A stretch of 64,000 nt of DNA, from the NCBI GenBank assembly GCA_040380225.1, contig JBEIJN010000003.1, positions 26,306-90,305 of the forward strand, read 5' to 3'. Positions 33,993 through 44,988 of the stretch are shown here, in pieces. The stretch is from Verrucomicrobiia bacterium. Lineage in GTDB: Bacteria; Verrucomicrobiota; Verrucomicrobiia; Chthoniobacterales; UBA6821. Each line of letters opens with the position of its first letter. The first letter of the stretch is position 1. The notes below the pieces were generated by a model, which saw only the letters and a program-made list of their open reading frames with translations, was not told the origin of the DNA and made no database searches. Made by a program: the position numbers and the translations under genes.

Positions 33993-36791
33993 TTAACCAG
34001 TTGTTCTCAAGCCACTAGCAATAGCATTGATGGAGAGAAGTACACGGGGAAGCAGTGCCTCTGCTTTGGCGGGGTTCTCTTGCTTGGCGGCACGCCATTC
34101 CTTGATCGTGGCGATTTGCTGTTCGTGCAGGAGTGCCAATGCCCTGGCTCTAAGTTGGAGTGTCTTGCCCATTCGGGGACGACGTTCCTCGAGGCTTCCA
34201 CCGAAGACCTTGCGGAGTTGTTCCTTGGTTCGTTCAAACTCCGCGGAAATGATTCCGAAGATATGCTCGCGGATCTGAGGATCGGTCACTAACTGAGCAT
34301 AATCCTGCATGATGGAAAGATCGGCGCTCGCCATGTTAGTTTCCACATTAGAGAGGACGTAGTAGAGGAAGGAGTAGTTCCTAAGTTCTGTCTGGAGAGT
34401 CTTGAACTTTTCGGGTTCCTGCTTCTCCAGTGCCTCGAGGGCGCTGCCGACTCCGAACCATCCCGGCAGGTAGTAGCGGCACTGGTTCCAGCTGAAGACC
34501 CACGGGATGGCCCGAAGGTCGGCCAGACTGCGCTGTCCCGAGCGGCGCTTCGGACGTGAGCCGATCCGGCTTGATTCCAAAGCGTCGATCGGGGTCGCCT
34601 GATCGTAGAAGGTGATGAATCCCGGAGCATCGATAAGCGCCCGATAGGCCGTGCGGCTTGTCTTTGCCAGGAAATCGGCGATCCCCGAGCAGGTCTCCAG
34701 ACTGCGATCGGGGCGGTGTCCAGCCAGCGAGATGCTCGTGACACCTGCCAGTAGAAGCTCGAGATGGTAGGTGGCCGTCGAGACATTGGCATATTTCTGG
34801 GCGATCGTCTCACCCTGCTCGGTCATCCGGTGATCCCCCTGAAGCGCTCCGGGAGGGAGTGCATCCAGGAAGAGGTGGGTCGGGCCGGCTCCGCGGCTGA
34901 TCGTGCCACCGCGCCCGTGGAAGAATCGCAGTCCAACGCCCGCGTCGGAAGCGACCTTGGTCATGGCTTTCTGGGCCTCGTGCAGGCCCCACTGGCTGGC
35001 CATGATCCCGCAATCCTTGTTGCTGTCACTGTAGCCGATCATGACCTGCTGGACGGGCATGCGACCGTGACGGCTGTCGAGTGATGCCTTGGCGACGGGT
35101 TCCGCAAGGAACTCCCGGAGCAGGGTCGGGCTGAGTTCCAAGTCGTCCAGCGTCTCGAAGAGCGGAACGATGGGGAGAGGTGAGGCCAGGCAGCCATCCT
35201 TCCACAGGGTGAGTCCTGCCTCGCGTGCGAGGATCGGGATGACCAGCAGGTCGGAGAGTTGCCGTGTCATGCTGACGATCAGGGAGCCGACCCCTTCCCG
35301 TCCATGCTCGCGGATCTGCTCCCGGAGCGTGTCGTAGCAGCTCAGGACGGCGTCCGCCTCGGCCCCGAGTCCCAGATGATTGTTGGCGCCGAGGAAGGGG
35401 CGGGGGGAGCAGAGTTCCTTCCTCAGGAATTCCAGTCTCTTCTCCTCACTCCATTCGGGGAACTTCTCCCCCTCGGGAATGCCGGCCGCTTTGAGCAGTT
35501 GCGCCATCGCGAGATCATGGGTCCGGCTGTTCTGGCGAATATCGAGTTCCGCAAGGTGGAATCCGAAGACATCGAGGATCCGAAGAACCGGCCAGACCGT
35601 CTCGCGGATGAGGCGCTGTCCACCCACTTCATCAAGGCTCTCCCGAAGGATCTCCAGATCGGCGGCAACCTCTTCGGGATGATGATAGCGCACGCCCGAT
35701 TCCGTGATCCAGGCACGGTCCGCCGCCCCGACCTGCAGGGGGAGACGCCCCTGAATGAGCAGCACGAATTGGCGCCATGGCTCGCCGGGATGTCGTGCAA
35801 TGATCTGATCTCCGAGCGTGCCGAGTTCGGCGCGAAGGACGGAGACCCGTTCAAGAAGTGCGGGTGATGCCTTCTGGAAGTGGCTGGAGAGCGGAAGCGC
35901 CTCCGCGAGGGAATCAAGCTGGCGGTGAAGCACGAGCAGGGCGTTGAGACGGAGTTCGCGCAGGGTTTCGCGGGTGACAGCCGCCGTGACGAACGGGTGA
36001 CCGTCACGATCGCCTCCAACCCAAGTGCCGAAGCTCAGGCGGGGCCGGGTCTCGGGTGCGCCGAGGAGTTCCGGTGGGAAGCCGAGTTCGTTCCAGGCCC
36101 AGCGGAGGCGCATGTCGATCTGGGTGACGACCTGCGGCAGGATGTCCCTCAGGTAGAACATGAGAGCCCGGCGTTCGTCGGCCACGTCCGGCTGATCGAG
36201 GAAGATCTCACCGCTCCTCCAGAGGCGCTCGAGGCAGATCTTGATCTTGCGGCGGATTTCGAGGCGCTCGCTCGGGGTCAGATCCTCGCGGTCGAGTTCG
36301 GCGAGGAGTTGGTGGATCGAGCGGTGCTGATCCAGAACCGCGCCGCGCTTCGCCTCGGTCGGGTGGGCGGTGAAGACCGGCTCCACGCGCACTCCCGGCA
36401 GGTAGGCGGCTATTTCCTGGGGGGTCCATCCCTTGGCGGCGAGACGGGAGAGTTGGTTCCCCCAGAGCCCGCGTTCGTAGGCGAGTCCCTCGTGGATCTC
36501 CCGCAGGCGCCGCGTCCTGGCGGCGGCATTCGCCTCGACGATATTGAGAAGCTGGAACGCAATCGAGTAGGCCTGCTCCAGACCCCTGGCACCGCCGGTT
36601 CCCGTCTCATCCCCGTTGAGCCATGGTAGACGGCTACGTGTTTCGTCCTCCCCGAGTTCCTCAAGCACCTCGTTGAGGCAGGTCATCAGTTCACGCAGAT
36701 CACGGTCGATCTTGGCGAATCCGTCGGAGAGATAGTTGGTTTCCATGGAAAGGTCGGTGCGAATCATTGCCTCTGTGGTTAAAAAATCCAA
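33993..36791 (-). CDS. ppc: Phosphoenolpyruvate carboxylase
   Basis: VFTAHPTEAKR active-site motif, FHGRGGTISRGAGP, and a C-terminal GLRTTG. The start could be a later Met (36746). Confidence 0.9.
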   Translation of the reverse strand: MDFLTTEAMIRTDLSMETNYLSDGFAKIDRDLRELMTCLNEVLEELGEDETRSRLPWLNGDETGTGGARGLEQAYSIAFQLLNIVEANAAARTRRLREIHEGLAYERGLWGNQLSRLAAKGWTPQEIAAYLPGVRVEPVFTAHPTEAKRGAVLDQHRSIHQLLAELDREDLTPSERLEIRRKIKICLERLWRSGEIFLDQPDVADERRALMFYLRDILPQVVTQIDMRLRWAWNELGFPPELLGAPETRPRLSFGTWVGGDRDGHPFVTAAVTRETLRELRLNALLVLHRQLDSLAEALPLSSHFQKASPALLERVSVLRAELGTLGDQIIARHPGEPWRQFVLLIQGRLPLQVGAADRAWITESGVRYHHPEEVAADLEILRESLDEVGGQRLIRETVWPVLRILDVFGFHLAELDIRQNSRTHDLAMAQLLKAAGIPEGEKFPEWSEEKRLEFLRKELCSPRPFLGANNHLGLGAEADAVLSCYDTLREQIREHGREGVGSLIVSMTRQLSDLLVIPILAREAGLTLWKDGCLASPLPIVPLFETLDDLELSPTLLREFLAEPVAKASLDSRHGRMPVQQVMIGYSDSNKDCGIMASQWGLHEAQKAMTKVASDAGVGLRFFHGRGGTISRGAGPTHLFLDALPPGALQGDHRMTEQGETIAQKYANVSTATYHLELLLAGVTSISLAGHRPDRSLETCSGIADFLAKTSRTAYRALIDAPGFITFYDQATPIDALESSRIGSRPKRRSGQRSLADLRAIPWVFSWNQCRYYLPGWFGVGSALEALEKQEPEKFKTLQTELRNYSFLYYVLSNVETNMASADLSIMQDYAQLVTDPQIREHIFGIISAEFERTKEQLRKVFGGSLEERRPRMGKTLQLRARALALLHEQQIATIKEWRAAKQENPAKAEALLPRVLLSINAIASGLRTTG

Positions 36792-36945
36792 CTCAACAGA
36801 GCAAAAACTTTGCCAAGAGTTCGGAAAAAGTGTCCCGCGCCGAGCAGTGGCTCAGTGGGGGCAAGCTGAAACGCTGATAAACTGAATAGCTGAAATCAGA
36901 GAACCGCGATCAGATCGACGACCTATATGTGCGCCGGAGCCACTA

Positions 36946-37254
36946 TCAAGCTGCGCGGCGCAGCTTTTTCGGGGGAAGCTCCCTGATGAACGCCCACGAA
37001 ACCTCTGCCTGCTCGCCTGAATCATAGGTTACCCGGAAGTGACTGCCCAACTCATCATCAGCGATCACGGAAACGGGCAATGCTGACTTAGTGATGCGGT
37101 TCGCCTTCCGAATCGATGAATGGGGCTCCAGAAAACAAAGGCCATCCTCAAACTCAACCTCGAATGCATCCTCCCACCCGAGATAGCGGGCATGGCGAAT
37201 CCTTGAAAAGCTTCCCTTACCAAAGGCTGATTTGAGCGGATTTAGGAGTTTCAT
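36946..37254 (-). CDS. Hypothetical small protein (DUF2442-like pattern, tentative)
   Basis: Start at MKLLNPLK. The FEVEFEDGLCFLEP segment resembles DUF2442-type small proteins. No firm family assignment. Confidence 0.45.
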   Translation of the reverse strand: MKLLNPLKSAFGKGSFSRIRHARYLGWEDAFEVEFEDGLCFLEPHSSIRKANRITKSALPVSVIADDELGSHFRVTYDSGEQAEVSWAFIRELPPKKLRRAA

Positions 37255-37302
37255 AGAGTCCCTTCGATTTTGACCCTTCAACTTTTCAACCCCTCCTCAC
37301 TA

Positions 37303-38763
<1,461 letters not shown>

Positions 38764-38837
38764 GGGAAAAAGGTGAGGGATGAGACCTGAAACTTGAAAC
38801 CTGAGTAAGAAGGAAGGCTTGCCGCGTTGAAATTTGA

Positions 38838-39137
38838 TTAGTCGAGGACCTTGGGGACGACGAAGAGGCCGTTGGCGCTCCGGGGAGCGTTTTCCAGGAT
38901 GGTCGCCTTGGGAAGGCTCTCCGTGACTCCATCTTCCCGGATCACGTCAAACACGGTGATCGCGTGCGCCGTCGGCTCGATGCCGGAGATGTCGAGTTTG
39001 TTCATCTGCTCCACATGATCAAGGATGCGCCCCAACTGTCCTCCGAAGATTTCCACTTCCTCGGGTGTGACCTCAAGACGTGCAAGACGCGCGAGGTAGG
39101 GGACATCAATCGTGTGGTGGGGAGCGTTGGTGGACAT
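38838..39137 (-). CDS. gatC: Glu-tRNA(Gln)/Asp-tRNA(Asn) amidotransferase subunit C
   Basis: 99-aa product from the internal Met ([27 protein letters not shown]...). It is immediately upstream of gatA. Confidence 0.85.
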   Translation of the reverse strand: MSTNAPHHTIDVPYLARLARLEVTPEEVEIFGGQLGRILDHVEQMNKLDISGIEPTAHAITVFDVIREDGVTESLPKATILENAPRSANGLFVVPKVLD

Positions 39138-39241
39138 GGGCAGAGGAAGGATTGAATTATGAAGGATGAAGGATGAAGGATGAAAAGGGAAGGCTTGGGA
39201 TTTTGGCTCAGGGTTGCCCACGCCGCTCTTCAGGTCGATTT

Positions 39242-39658
39242 TTACTCCTCCTCGCAGGGGGGATACTGCACCGGAGGGTTGCCATGTCGGGAGAGTATCC
39301 TGCGGTGGCGACGGGAGGCCTCTTCCTCGCAAATGTCGATGCAGGTGACCGGAAACTCCCAGTCATCTCCGTAGTCGAAGTGAAAGAGCATCGTGCGCCC
39401 CTTGGTAAAGACCGCGGAGATCAGCGTTCTTTTCACACCGGGGTCGTCGTCGGTCTCCCCCATATCGGCAAAGAGCGTGTAGCGTTCCTTGCTGTCGTAA
39501 GGATTTCCGAGGTTATCGCAAAACTGGAAGGCGTGATCGAAGTGGAAGCCAATAGCCTTGATCAGCGTCTCGGCCAGATCGTAGAGGGTGTATTCCCCGA
39601 CGAAGCTGACCATGGCTCGGAACTTGCCGTATTTCAGTTCGAAGACGTAAGTCTTCAT
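39242..39658 (-). CDS. pRiA4b ORF-3-like (PF07929) family protein
   Basis: Start at MKTYVFELKY. The FHFDYGDDWEFPV motif corresponds to the family's YDFGDxWEH core. Confidence 0.6.
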   Translation of the reverse strand: MKTYVFELKYGKFRAMVSFVGEYTLYDLAETLIKAIGFHFDHAFQFCDNLGNPYDSKERYTLFADMGETDDDPGVKRTLISAVFTKGRTMLFHFDYGDDWEFPVTCIDICEEEASRRHRRILSRHGNPPVQYPPCEEE

Positions 39659-39951
39659 GAAAGGTTCTTTGAGGGCGATCATGACTGAGATGCTAAGGGA
39701 AAAGAGATCACCACGAAAATCACGAAAGACACGAAAGGGAGAGAGGAAAGATGCCGGTTGGGATTCGCTCTTTCCGGAGAGTTTTGCACCATGTTTCGTG
39801 GTTGCATTCGCCGCTCCTCAAACTCCTCCCGCCAGTCGGAGGTTTTCGTAATTTTCCTGTCTTTTGTGGTTTTAGATTCGCTCGGATCATCTCTCCGTAT
39901 GAGAGGCAAGCGAGCAACAACGCCACTATCCGCCGCTATCCCGAGTCTTTT

Positions 39952-41073
39952 CTACGAAAGTGCCTCGTAGCGGGAGCGTAAGTACGAATCCGTCATGCCC
40001 GCCACATAGTCGGCCACGACGCGGTGGAGGCCGTCGCGATCCAGGCGCGTGAGGCTGCGGCTGCCAAGGTGTGCGGGGTTGTTCACAAGGTCGGCAAAGA
40101 CCGATTCCATCTGTCGGCAGGCCGTCTCATTGGTGCCCTGCACCTCCGGATGGTGGTAAAAATTCGCATAGAGGTGTCGACGCAGTTCGGCATTGCGGGA
40201 TTTCAGTTCCGGGGAATAGCCGATGAGTTTCACGGGATGGCGGCGAACATCATCAACCGAGCCGACTCCCGAGCAGCGGATCGCTTCACGGCTAGTGGAG
40301 ACGAGATCCTCGACCTCGCGGTTGATGAGGCAGCGAATGATGAACTTGCGGTGGGTGCGGGGACCGGCCGATGCCAGAAGACCGGAGGATTCGGAAAAGG
40401 CCTTCTCGGAGGCCTCCTTCCAGAGTTCCAGCGACTCGAGATCCTTTTCGGGGAGTAATCCCGAGGCGAGTCCATCCTCGAGGTCGTGGCCGTAGTAGGC
40501 GATCTCGTCGGCGACATTCGCGATCTGGGCCTCGAGGGAGGGGCTGGGATGGGTTCCCAGACACGGATGGTTGAGGGTGCGGTCGTGTTTCCTCAGTCCC
40601 TCGAGCACCTCGTGGGAGAGGTTGAGACCTGGTTGCTGGGGATAGCTCTCCTCAAGCACCTCGACGACCCTCAGGCTCTGCCCGTTATGATCGAATCCCC
40701 CGTGATCTTTCATTAGGCGGTCGAGCGCCTCCTCTCCCGCGTGGCCGAAGGGGGTGTGCCCTAGGTCGTGGGCAAGGGCGATCGCCTCGGCCAGGTCCTC
40801 GTTGACGCCGAGGGCGCGTGCAACGGTACGACTGATCGATGCTACCTCGATGGTGTGGGTCAGGCGGGTGCGGTAATGGTCACCCTTGCCGTTCAGGAAG
40901 ACCTGGGTCTTGCCGTCAAGCCTGCGGAAGGATGTCCCGTGGACGATCCGGTCACGGTCACGCTGGTAGCACGAGCGAAAGGAATGCTCCGACTCGAGCC
41001 TGAGCCGCCCGACGCTCTCCGAGGAGCGCTGCGCTTGGGGAGCCAGAAGGGCTTCGCGAGGGTCAAGAGACAT
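39952..41073 (-). CDS. dgt: dGTP triphosphohydrolase-like HD-domain protein
   Basis: RDRDRIVHGTSFRRL, TRLTHTIEV, HDLGHTPFGHAGE, and Dgt-like length. Confidence 0.85.
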   Translation of the reverse strand: MSLDPREALLAPQAQRSSESVGRLRLESEHSFRSCYQRDRDRIVHGTSFRRLDGKTQVFLNGKGDHYRTRLTHTIEVASISRTVARALGVNEDLAEAIALAHDLGHTPFGHAGEEALDRLMKDHGGFDHNGQSLRVVEVLEESYPQQPGLNLSHEVLEGLRKHDRTLNHPCLGTHPSPSLEAQIANVADEIAYYGHDLEDGLASGLLPEKDLESLELWKEASEKAFSESSGLLASAGPRTHRKFIIRCLINREVEDLVSTSREAIRCSGVGSVDDVRRHPVKLIGYSPELKSRNAELRRHLYANFYHHPEVQGTNETACRQMESVFADLVNNPAHLGSRSLTRLDRDGLHRVVADYVAGMTDSYLRSRYEALS

Positions 41074-41239
41074 GAGGGGAAAGAAAAAACCTGAAAGCTG
41101 AAACTTGAAACCTGAAGAAGTGCGGAGGATGAAAAGTTAAAAAGGTTAGAAAGCTAAAACGATGACGGGAGGCTCTGGTTGCAGCGGTTCCTGACCTTTT
41201 AACGATTCAACGTCTTTAACTTTTTAACCTGATCCCTCC

Positions 41240-42358
41240 CTAGACGTTGAATCGGAACTCCATCACGTCGCCGTCCTTCACTTCGTATTCCTTCCCTTCG
41301 ATGCGGAGTTTGCCCGCTTCGCGGCACTTGGCGGAGGAACCGAGCGTGTCGAGGTCGGTGAAAGCCATCGTCTCGGCGGCGATGAAACCGCGCTCGAAAT
41401 CGCTGTGGATGACGCCGGCGGCGGCGGGTGCCTTGTCACCGGAGCGGATGGTCCAGGCACGGGTCTCCTTGGGGCCGTAGGTGAAGTAGGTGCGCAGGCC
41501 GAGCAGGGTGTAAGCCCCGCGGATGAGCTTGCCGACGCCGCTGTCGGAGACGCCGAGGCCCTCGAGATATTCCTTGGCCTCCTCGGGGGGAAGTTCCGAG
41601 AGTTCGCTCTCGATCTGGGCGCTGACGACGACCGTTCCAGTGCCATGATGTGAGGCGGCGTAGTCCTCCACCGCCTTCACGTGGGGATTGGAGGAATAGT
41701 CTCCCTTCTCCAAGAGCGCGAGATCCTCCTCGCGGACGTTGGCGGCGAAGAGCACAGGCTTGGCGCTCAGGAGGAAGAAGGTGGCGAGGAGCCTCTTCTC
41801 GTCGTCGGAGAGATCTGCGGTGGAGGCTGGCTTACCGGAATCGAGGTGGGGGAGAAGCTTCTGGCCGAGTTCGATCTCCGCCTTGGCAATCTTGTCGCCC
41901 GTCTTGGCGGCCTTGGCCTGACGCTCGATCCTCTTCTGGACGGTGGCCATGTCGGCAAGGACAAGCTCGGTGGTGATGATTTCGATGTCACGGACGGGGT
42001 CGACCGTGCCCGCGACATGGTGGATGTCTTCATTCTCGAAGCAACGGACCACTTGGACGATGGCGTCGACCTCGCGGATGTGGGCAAGGAATTTGTTCCC
42101 AAGGCCCTCGCCTTCGCTGGCTCCCTTGACGAGGCCGGCGATATCGACGAACTCGATGGCCGCCGGAATGACCTTTTCCGAGGAGGCGAGTTCCCGGAGA
42201 CGCTCCAAACGGGAGTCGGGGACGTTCACCACGCCGACATTCGGCTCGATGGTGCAGAATGGAAAATTCGCCGCCTCGGCCTTGCGGCTCCGGGTGAGGG
42301 CGTTGAAGAGAGTGGATTTTCCCACGTTGGGGAGACCGACGATGCCTGCGCGTAACAT
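41240..42358 (-). CDS. ychF: Ribosome-binding ATPase YchF
   Basis: [19 protein letters not shown]-loop, an FCTIEPNVG region, and a C-terminal TGS-like domain ending [11 protein letters not shown]. Confidence 0.9.
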   Translation of the reverse strand: MLRAGIVGLPNVGKSTLFNALTRSRKAEAANFPFCTIEPNVGVVNVPDSRLERLRELASSEKVIPAAIEFVDIAGLVKGASEGEGLGNKFLAHIREVDAIVQVVRCFENEDIHHVAGTVDPVRDIEIITTELVLADMATVQKRIERQAKAAKTGDKIAKAEIELGQKLLPHLDSGKPASTADLSDDEKRLLATFFLLSAKPVLFAANVREEDLALLEKGDYSSNPHVKAVEDYAASHHGTGTVVVSAQIESELSELPPEEAKEYLEGLGVSDSGVGKLIRGAYTLLGLRTYFTYGPKETRAWTIRSGDKAPAAAGVIHSDFERGFIAAETMAFTDLDTLGSSAKCREAGKLRIEGKEYEVKDGDVMEFRFNV

Positions 42359-42428
42359 CCAACCTTGCTACCTGAGTCCGGGCAGGGGAAAAACATCTTT
42401 TGAACATCCAAGTGAAAAAACTTTTCCG

Positions 42429-43187
42429 ATGAAGAACCTCCAGACGCTCGTTTCCACCCTCGATACCCTCCTCCGGACAGGCGAAATCGCCGACTATCCC
42501 GGCGCCGTGAACGGCCTCCAGATCACCAACAGCGGCCGGATCTCCCGGATCGTCGCGGCCGTCGATGCCTGCGAGGCGGTGATCACGGAAGCCTCCAGAG
42601 AGGAGGGGACATTGCTGATTGTCCATCACGGGCTCTTCTGGAACGGATCCGCACCCGTCACCGGTCCCTACTACCGTAAGCTGAAGGCGGCGATGGAGGG
42701 AGATCTCGCCCTCTACAGCTCACACCTTCCCCTCGATCTGCATCCGAAGCTTGGAAATAATGCACTTCTTGCCCGTGCCCTCGGGCTCACCTCGATCAAG
42801 CCGGCCATGGAACTCAAGGGGAATGCGGTTGGCCTGATCGGAACCATTCCAGCCGTAAGCCGCGAACGCTTTGCCAAGAAGCTGACCGATGCCGTGGGTG
42901 GGCCCGTCCATCTGGCTCCGGGTGGTACCGCCACAATCAGAAAGGTGCTTGTCGCCACGGGAGGAGTGGGGAGTGAGGTGGCCCGCGCCGCTGATCTCGG
43001 AGTCGATGCCTTCGTGACAGGGGAGGGCCCCCACTGGAGCTACACGGCCGCCGAGGAGTGCGGGATCAATCTCTTCTACGCAGGGCATTACGCCACGGAA
43101 ACCTTCGGGGTGAAGGCGCTGGCCTCATGGCTCTCCGGAAAGACGGGCCTTCCCTGGAGCTTCCTCGATCATCCGACCGGGCTTTAA
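42429..43187 (+). CDS. Nif3-like dinuclear metal centre protein (GTP cyclohydrolase 1 type 2 homolog)
   Basis: Start at [12 protein letters not shown]. Contains [20 protein letters not shown] and GHYATETFG motifs. The upstream part of the long ORF is antisense to ychF. Confidence 0.8.
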   Translation: MKNLQTLVSTLDTLLRTGEIADYPGAVNGLQITNSGRISRIVAAVDACEAVITEASREEGTLLIVHHGLFWNGSAPVTGPYYRKLKAAMEGDLALYSSHLPLDLHPKLGNNALLARALGLTSIKPAMELKGNAVGLIGTIPAVSRERFAKKLTDAVGGPVHLAPGGTATIRKVLVATGGVGSEVARAADLGVDAFVTGEGPHWSYTAAEECGINLFYAGHYATETFGVKALASWLSGKTGLPWSFLDHPTGL

Positions 43188-43558
43188 CCCGGATTTTGTA
43201 TTTAGGGAACCGATGCGAAGAGTTAAAAGGGTTGGCTCCTCGCTGTTTCAATGGGGTGAACAAAGGAATCAGTGAAAAATCAGAAAACAGGAAAACAAGA
43301 GGTGATACCACCGAGGAAACAGTCGAGGCCCATAACCGAGCTTGCGTAGTCACTCATTCGACCAGCCTCAGCATGCCACAGCAATCGCATTCATGACCAC
43401 TCCAGCAAGTTCTTCCTGCTTTCCTGCTTTCCAGATTAAAAAACTCCCCGTCGGCTTTTAACCGTTTAAACAGCTCAACTTTTTAACCCGATCGCCATGC
43501 ACCATACAGGTGAACGCTTCAGATATGTTTTCATGGTTCCATTGCTAAAAAACCCGCT

Positions 43559-44412
43559 GTGAATCCCATGAAGCCGCTGGCACGTTCCTTCTTCAAGCGG
43601 GACGCGGTGCTCTGCGCCCGTGAGTTGATCGGATGCACGCTGGGTCTTGCGGGAACCTCCGGCGTCATTGTCGAGACCGAGGCCTATGCGGCCGAGGGTG
43701 ATCCCGCCTGCCATACCTGGAATCGGCAGGGAGCACGCGATTTCGTTTCCAGCAATGCCCCCGGAACCGCCTATGTCTACCTGAACTACGGGATGCATTG
43801 GCTCTTCAACCTGCTCGTGAAGGGAGGCGAGCGGGATGGTTTTGTCCCAGGGAACCGCTGATTAAATCCCATGAAGGACGCTGAATAGCATTTGCTGATT
43901 TTTGAAGGCGTGAGTGCTGGGCGATACCCGCAGCGGTCTCGCCCGAGCGAGCAACGCCACAAAAATCGACAAATGGCTTCAGCCCTCCGGGTTGCGGAGA
44001 TAACAGGCCGGGGGCTGTGTTGGCTTGGCGCTTACAGCCCACTGCGGGGATGCTCGCGCCAAGCCGCCTTGCCCGCCGCCCATTCTTTCCGCAACGGCCT
44101 CTATGCGATTTAATCAGCGATTCCCTAATCAGGGCCTTGGAGCCGCTCGGTGGAGTCGACCTGATGCAGGAGCGCAGGCGGCGCGGGAAGGTGGAGGAAC
44201 TCTGCAATGGTCCCGCCAAGCTCACCCAAGCGCTCGGGATCACTGGTGATCACCATGAAGTCGACCCGCTCTCGGCAAAGGGATGGGTCCTGACGGAACC
44301 CCGGTCAACGGTCGCCACGATCACCTCGACGCGGATCGGAATCTCCCAAGCTACCGACTATCCGTGGCGCTTCGTCATGAAGGGGAGTCGCTGCGTGAGC
44401 GTTCCTGTGTAG
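43559..44412 (+). pseudogene. DNA-3-methyladenine glycosylase (MPG/AAG family, PF02245) gene interrupted by a 276-bp element
   Basis: The N-terminal piece ends ...LLVKGGERDGFV (codon GTC at 43844-43846), then runs into the element and stops. The C-terminal piece resumes at 44125 with LIRALEPLGG...NGPAKLTQALGI...RIGIS...PWRF. Removing 278 nt rejoins GFV|LIRALEP in frame. Confidence 0.85.
43850..44125 (+). mobile_element. 276-bp non-autonomous TIR element (MITE-like), copy B, flanked by CA (43848-43849) and TA (44126-44127)
   Basis: TIRs are GGGAACCGCTGATTAAATCCCATGAAGG and, at the other end, the reverse complement of GGGAATCGCTGATTAAATCGCATAGAGG. The interior is GC-rich and hairpin-dense. It is the inverted homolog of 10727-11002. 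Confidence 0.8.
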
Positions 44413-44427
44413 CGATGAATAAAGAAA

Positions 44428-44451
44428 AGCCGGGCCGAATGGTCGGACCGG
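44428..44451. terminator. Bidirectional intrinsic terminator hairpin
   Basis: GCCGGGCCG-AATGGT-CGGACCGGC stem-loop, flanked by AAAGAAAA and TTT. It lies downstream of both the mpg remnant (+) and the small lipoprotein gene (-). Confidence 0.7.
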
Positions 44452-44502
44452 CTTTCCAGGATTGATGAATCCCCCGCACCGGCAGGGCACTCAAAACTCA
44501 GC

Positions 44503-44616
44503 TTACTTGCTTTTGCAAGGGGCGGGGTTCGTGCAGCACTGCTTGTGGCAGCATGCGCCGAGGGTAAGGGAAGCCACCGCGAGGGCGACGACCGCTGCGA
44601 TCTTGGTGATGGTCAT
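44503..44616 (-). CDS. Small Cys-rich lipoprotein (37 aa), below the ORF-track size cutoff
   Basis: Hand translation gives MTITKIAAVVALAVASLTLGACCHKQCCTNPAPCKSK. AGGAGG lies 8 nt upstream of the ATG, and there is a signal peptide plus a lipobox-like LGAC. A terminator lies downstream. Confidence 0.65.
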   Translation of the reverse strand: MTITKIAAVVALAVASLTLGACCHKQCCTNPAPCKSK

Positions 44617-44798
44617 GATATAGTTCGCCTCCTTTCTCAGCTGGTTGCTCTGAGTGAAAACATAACCCCCGATGCTGTCGGAACCAATGCGAAAGATCTA
44701 ACGAAGACGCTTAGGAAAAAGTGAAAAGTTGAAAGGTGGAAAAGTGGGAAAGGTCCGCGTTGATGGCCGAGTGCGTGAAGGGATAGGGAAAGAAAAAA

Positions 44799-44822
44799 GC
44801 CGGACCGAATGAACGGCCCGGC
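44799..44822. terminator. Bidirectional intrinsic terminator hairpin (paralog of 44428-44451)
   Basis: GCCGGACCG-AATGAA-CGGCCCGGC, flanked by AAAAAA and TTTTT. It lies downstream of the second small lipoprotein gene. Confidence 0.75.
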
Positions 44823-44874
44823 TTTTTAAAAGTATGAACCGTCGCTCATGCAGGGATGAGCAGACGAGTCCCCC

Positions 44875-44988
44875 TTACTTGCTCTTCACGCTGGTGGCGG
44901 GAGCGGGAGCCTGCTTGCTGGCGCAGGCACCGAGGGTGAGGGTTGCGGCCGCGAGGGCGACAACTGCTGCGATCTTGGTGATGGTCAT
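44875..44988 (-). CDS. Small lipoprotein (37 aa), paralog of 44503-44616
   Basis: Hand translation gives MTITKIAAVVALAAATLTLGACASKQAPAPATSVKSK. It has the same RBS context and signal peptide as its neighbour, but the mature part has diverged. Confidence 0.65.
   Translation of the reverse strand: MTITKIAAVVALAAATLTLGACASKQAPAPATSVKSK

Noticed and set aside
41943-42428. Upstream 162 codons of the long ORF that ends as the Nif3-like gene.
   Set aside because: This part is antisense to ychF and has no Nif3 similarity. A proper ATG (42429) with the Nif3 N-terminus lies just after the ychF start region.
43190-43558. A candidate small RNA gene in the 370-nt spacer between the Nif3-like gene and mpg.
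   Set aside because: Only nested word-type inverted arms are visible. I could identify no conserved RNA-family motif, promoter or terminator. The region is covered by the general intergenic-architecture finding instead.
43892-44113. 73-80-aa ORFs inside both element copies (43892-44113 plus strand; 10739-10981 minus strand), and long open frames on the opposite strand.
   Set aside because: Most of the 14 differences between copies are non-synonymous in these frames (A/V, Q/H, CG/GA, A/S, K/Q, S/F). The predicted peptides are low-complexity Arg/Ala/Gly-rich with no motif. The open frames are explained by high GC content.
43847-44124. Reading the 278-nt interruptions of mpg and the four-helix-bundle gene as self-splicing group I or group II introns.
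   Set aside because: - No register of the junction gives a 5' exon ending in U together with an intron ending in G, as group I requires.
- There is no GUGYG...AY boundary or domain V-like motif, as group II requires, and 276 nt is far too short for group II.
- The TA-flanked 28-bp terminal inverted repeats fit a cut-and-paste MITE better.
- RNA-level removal is left only as something to test.
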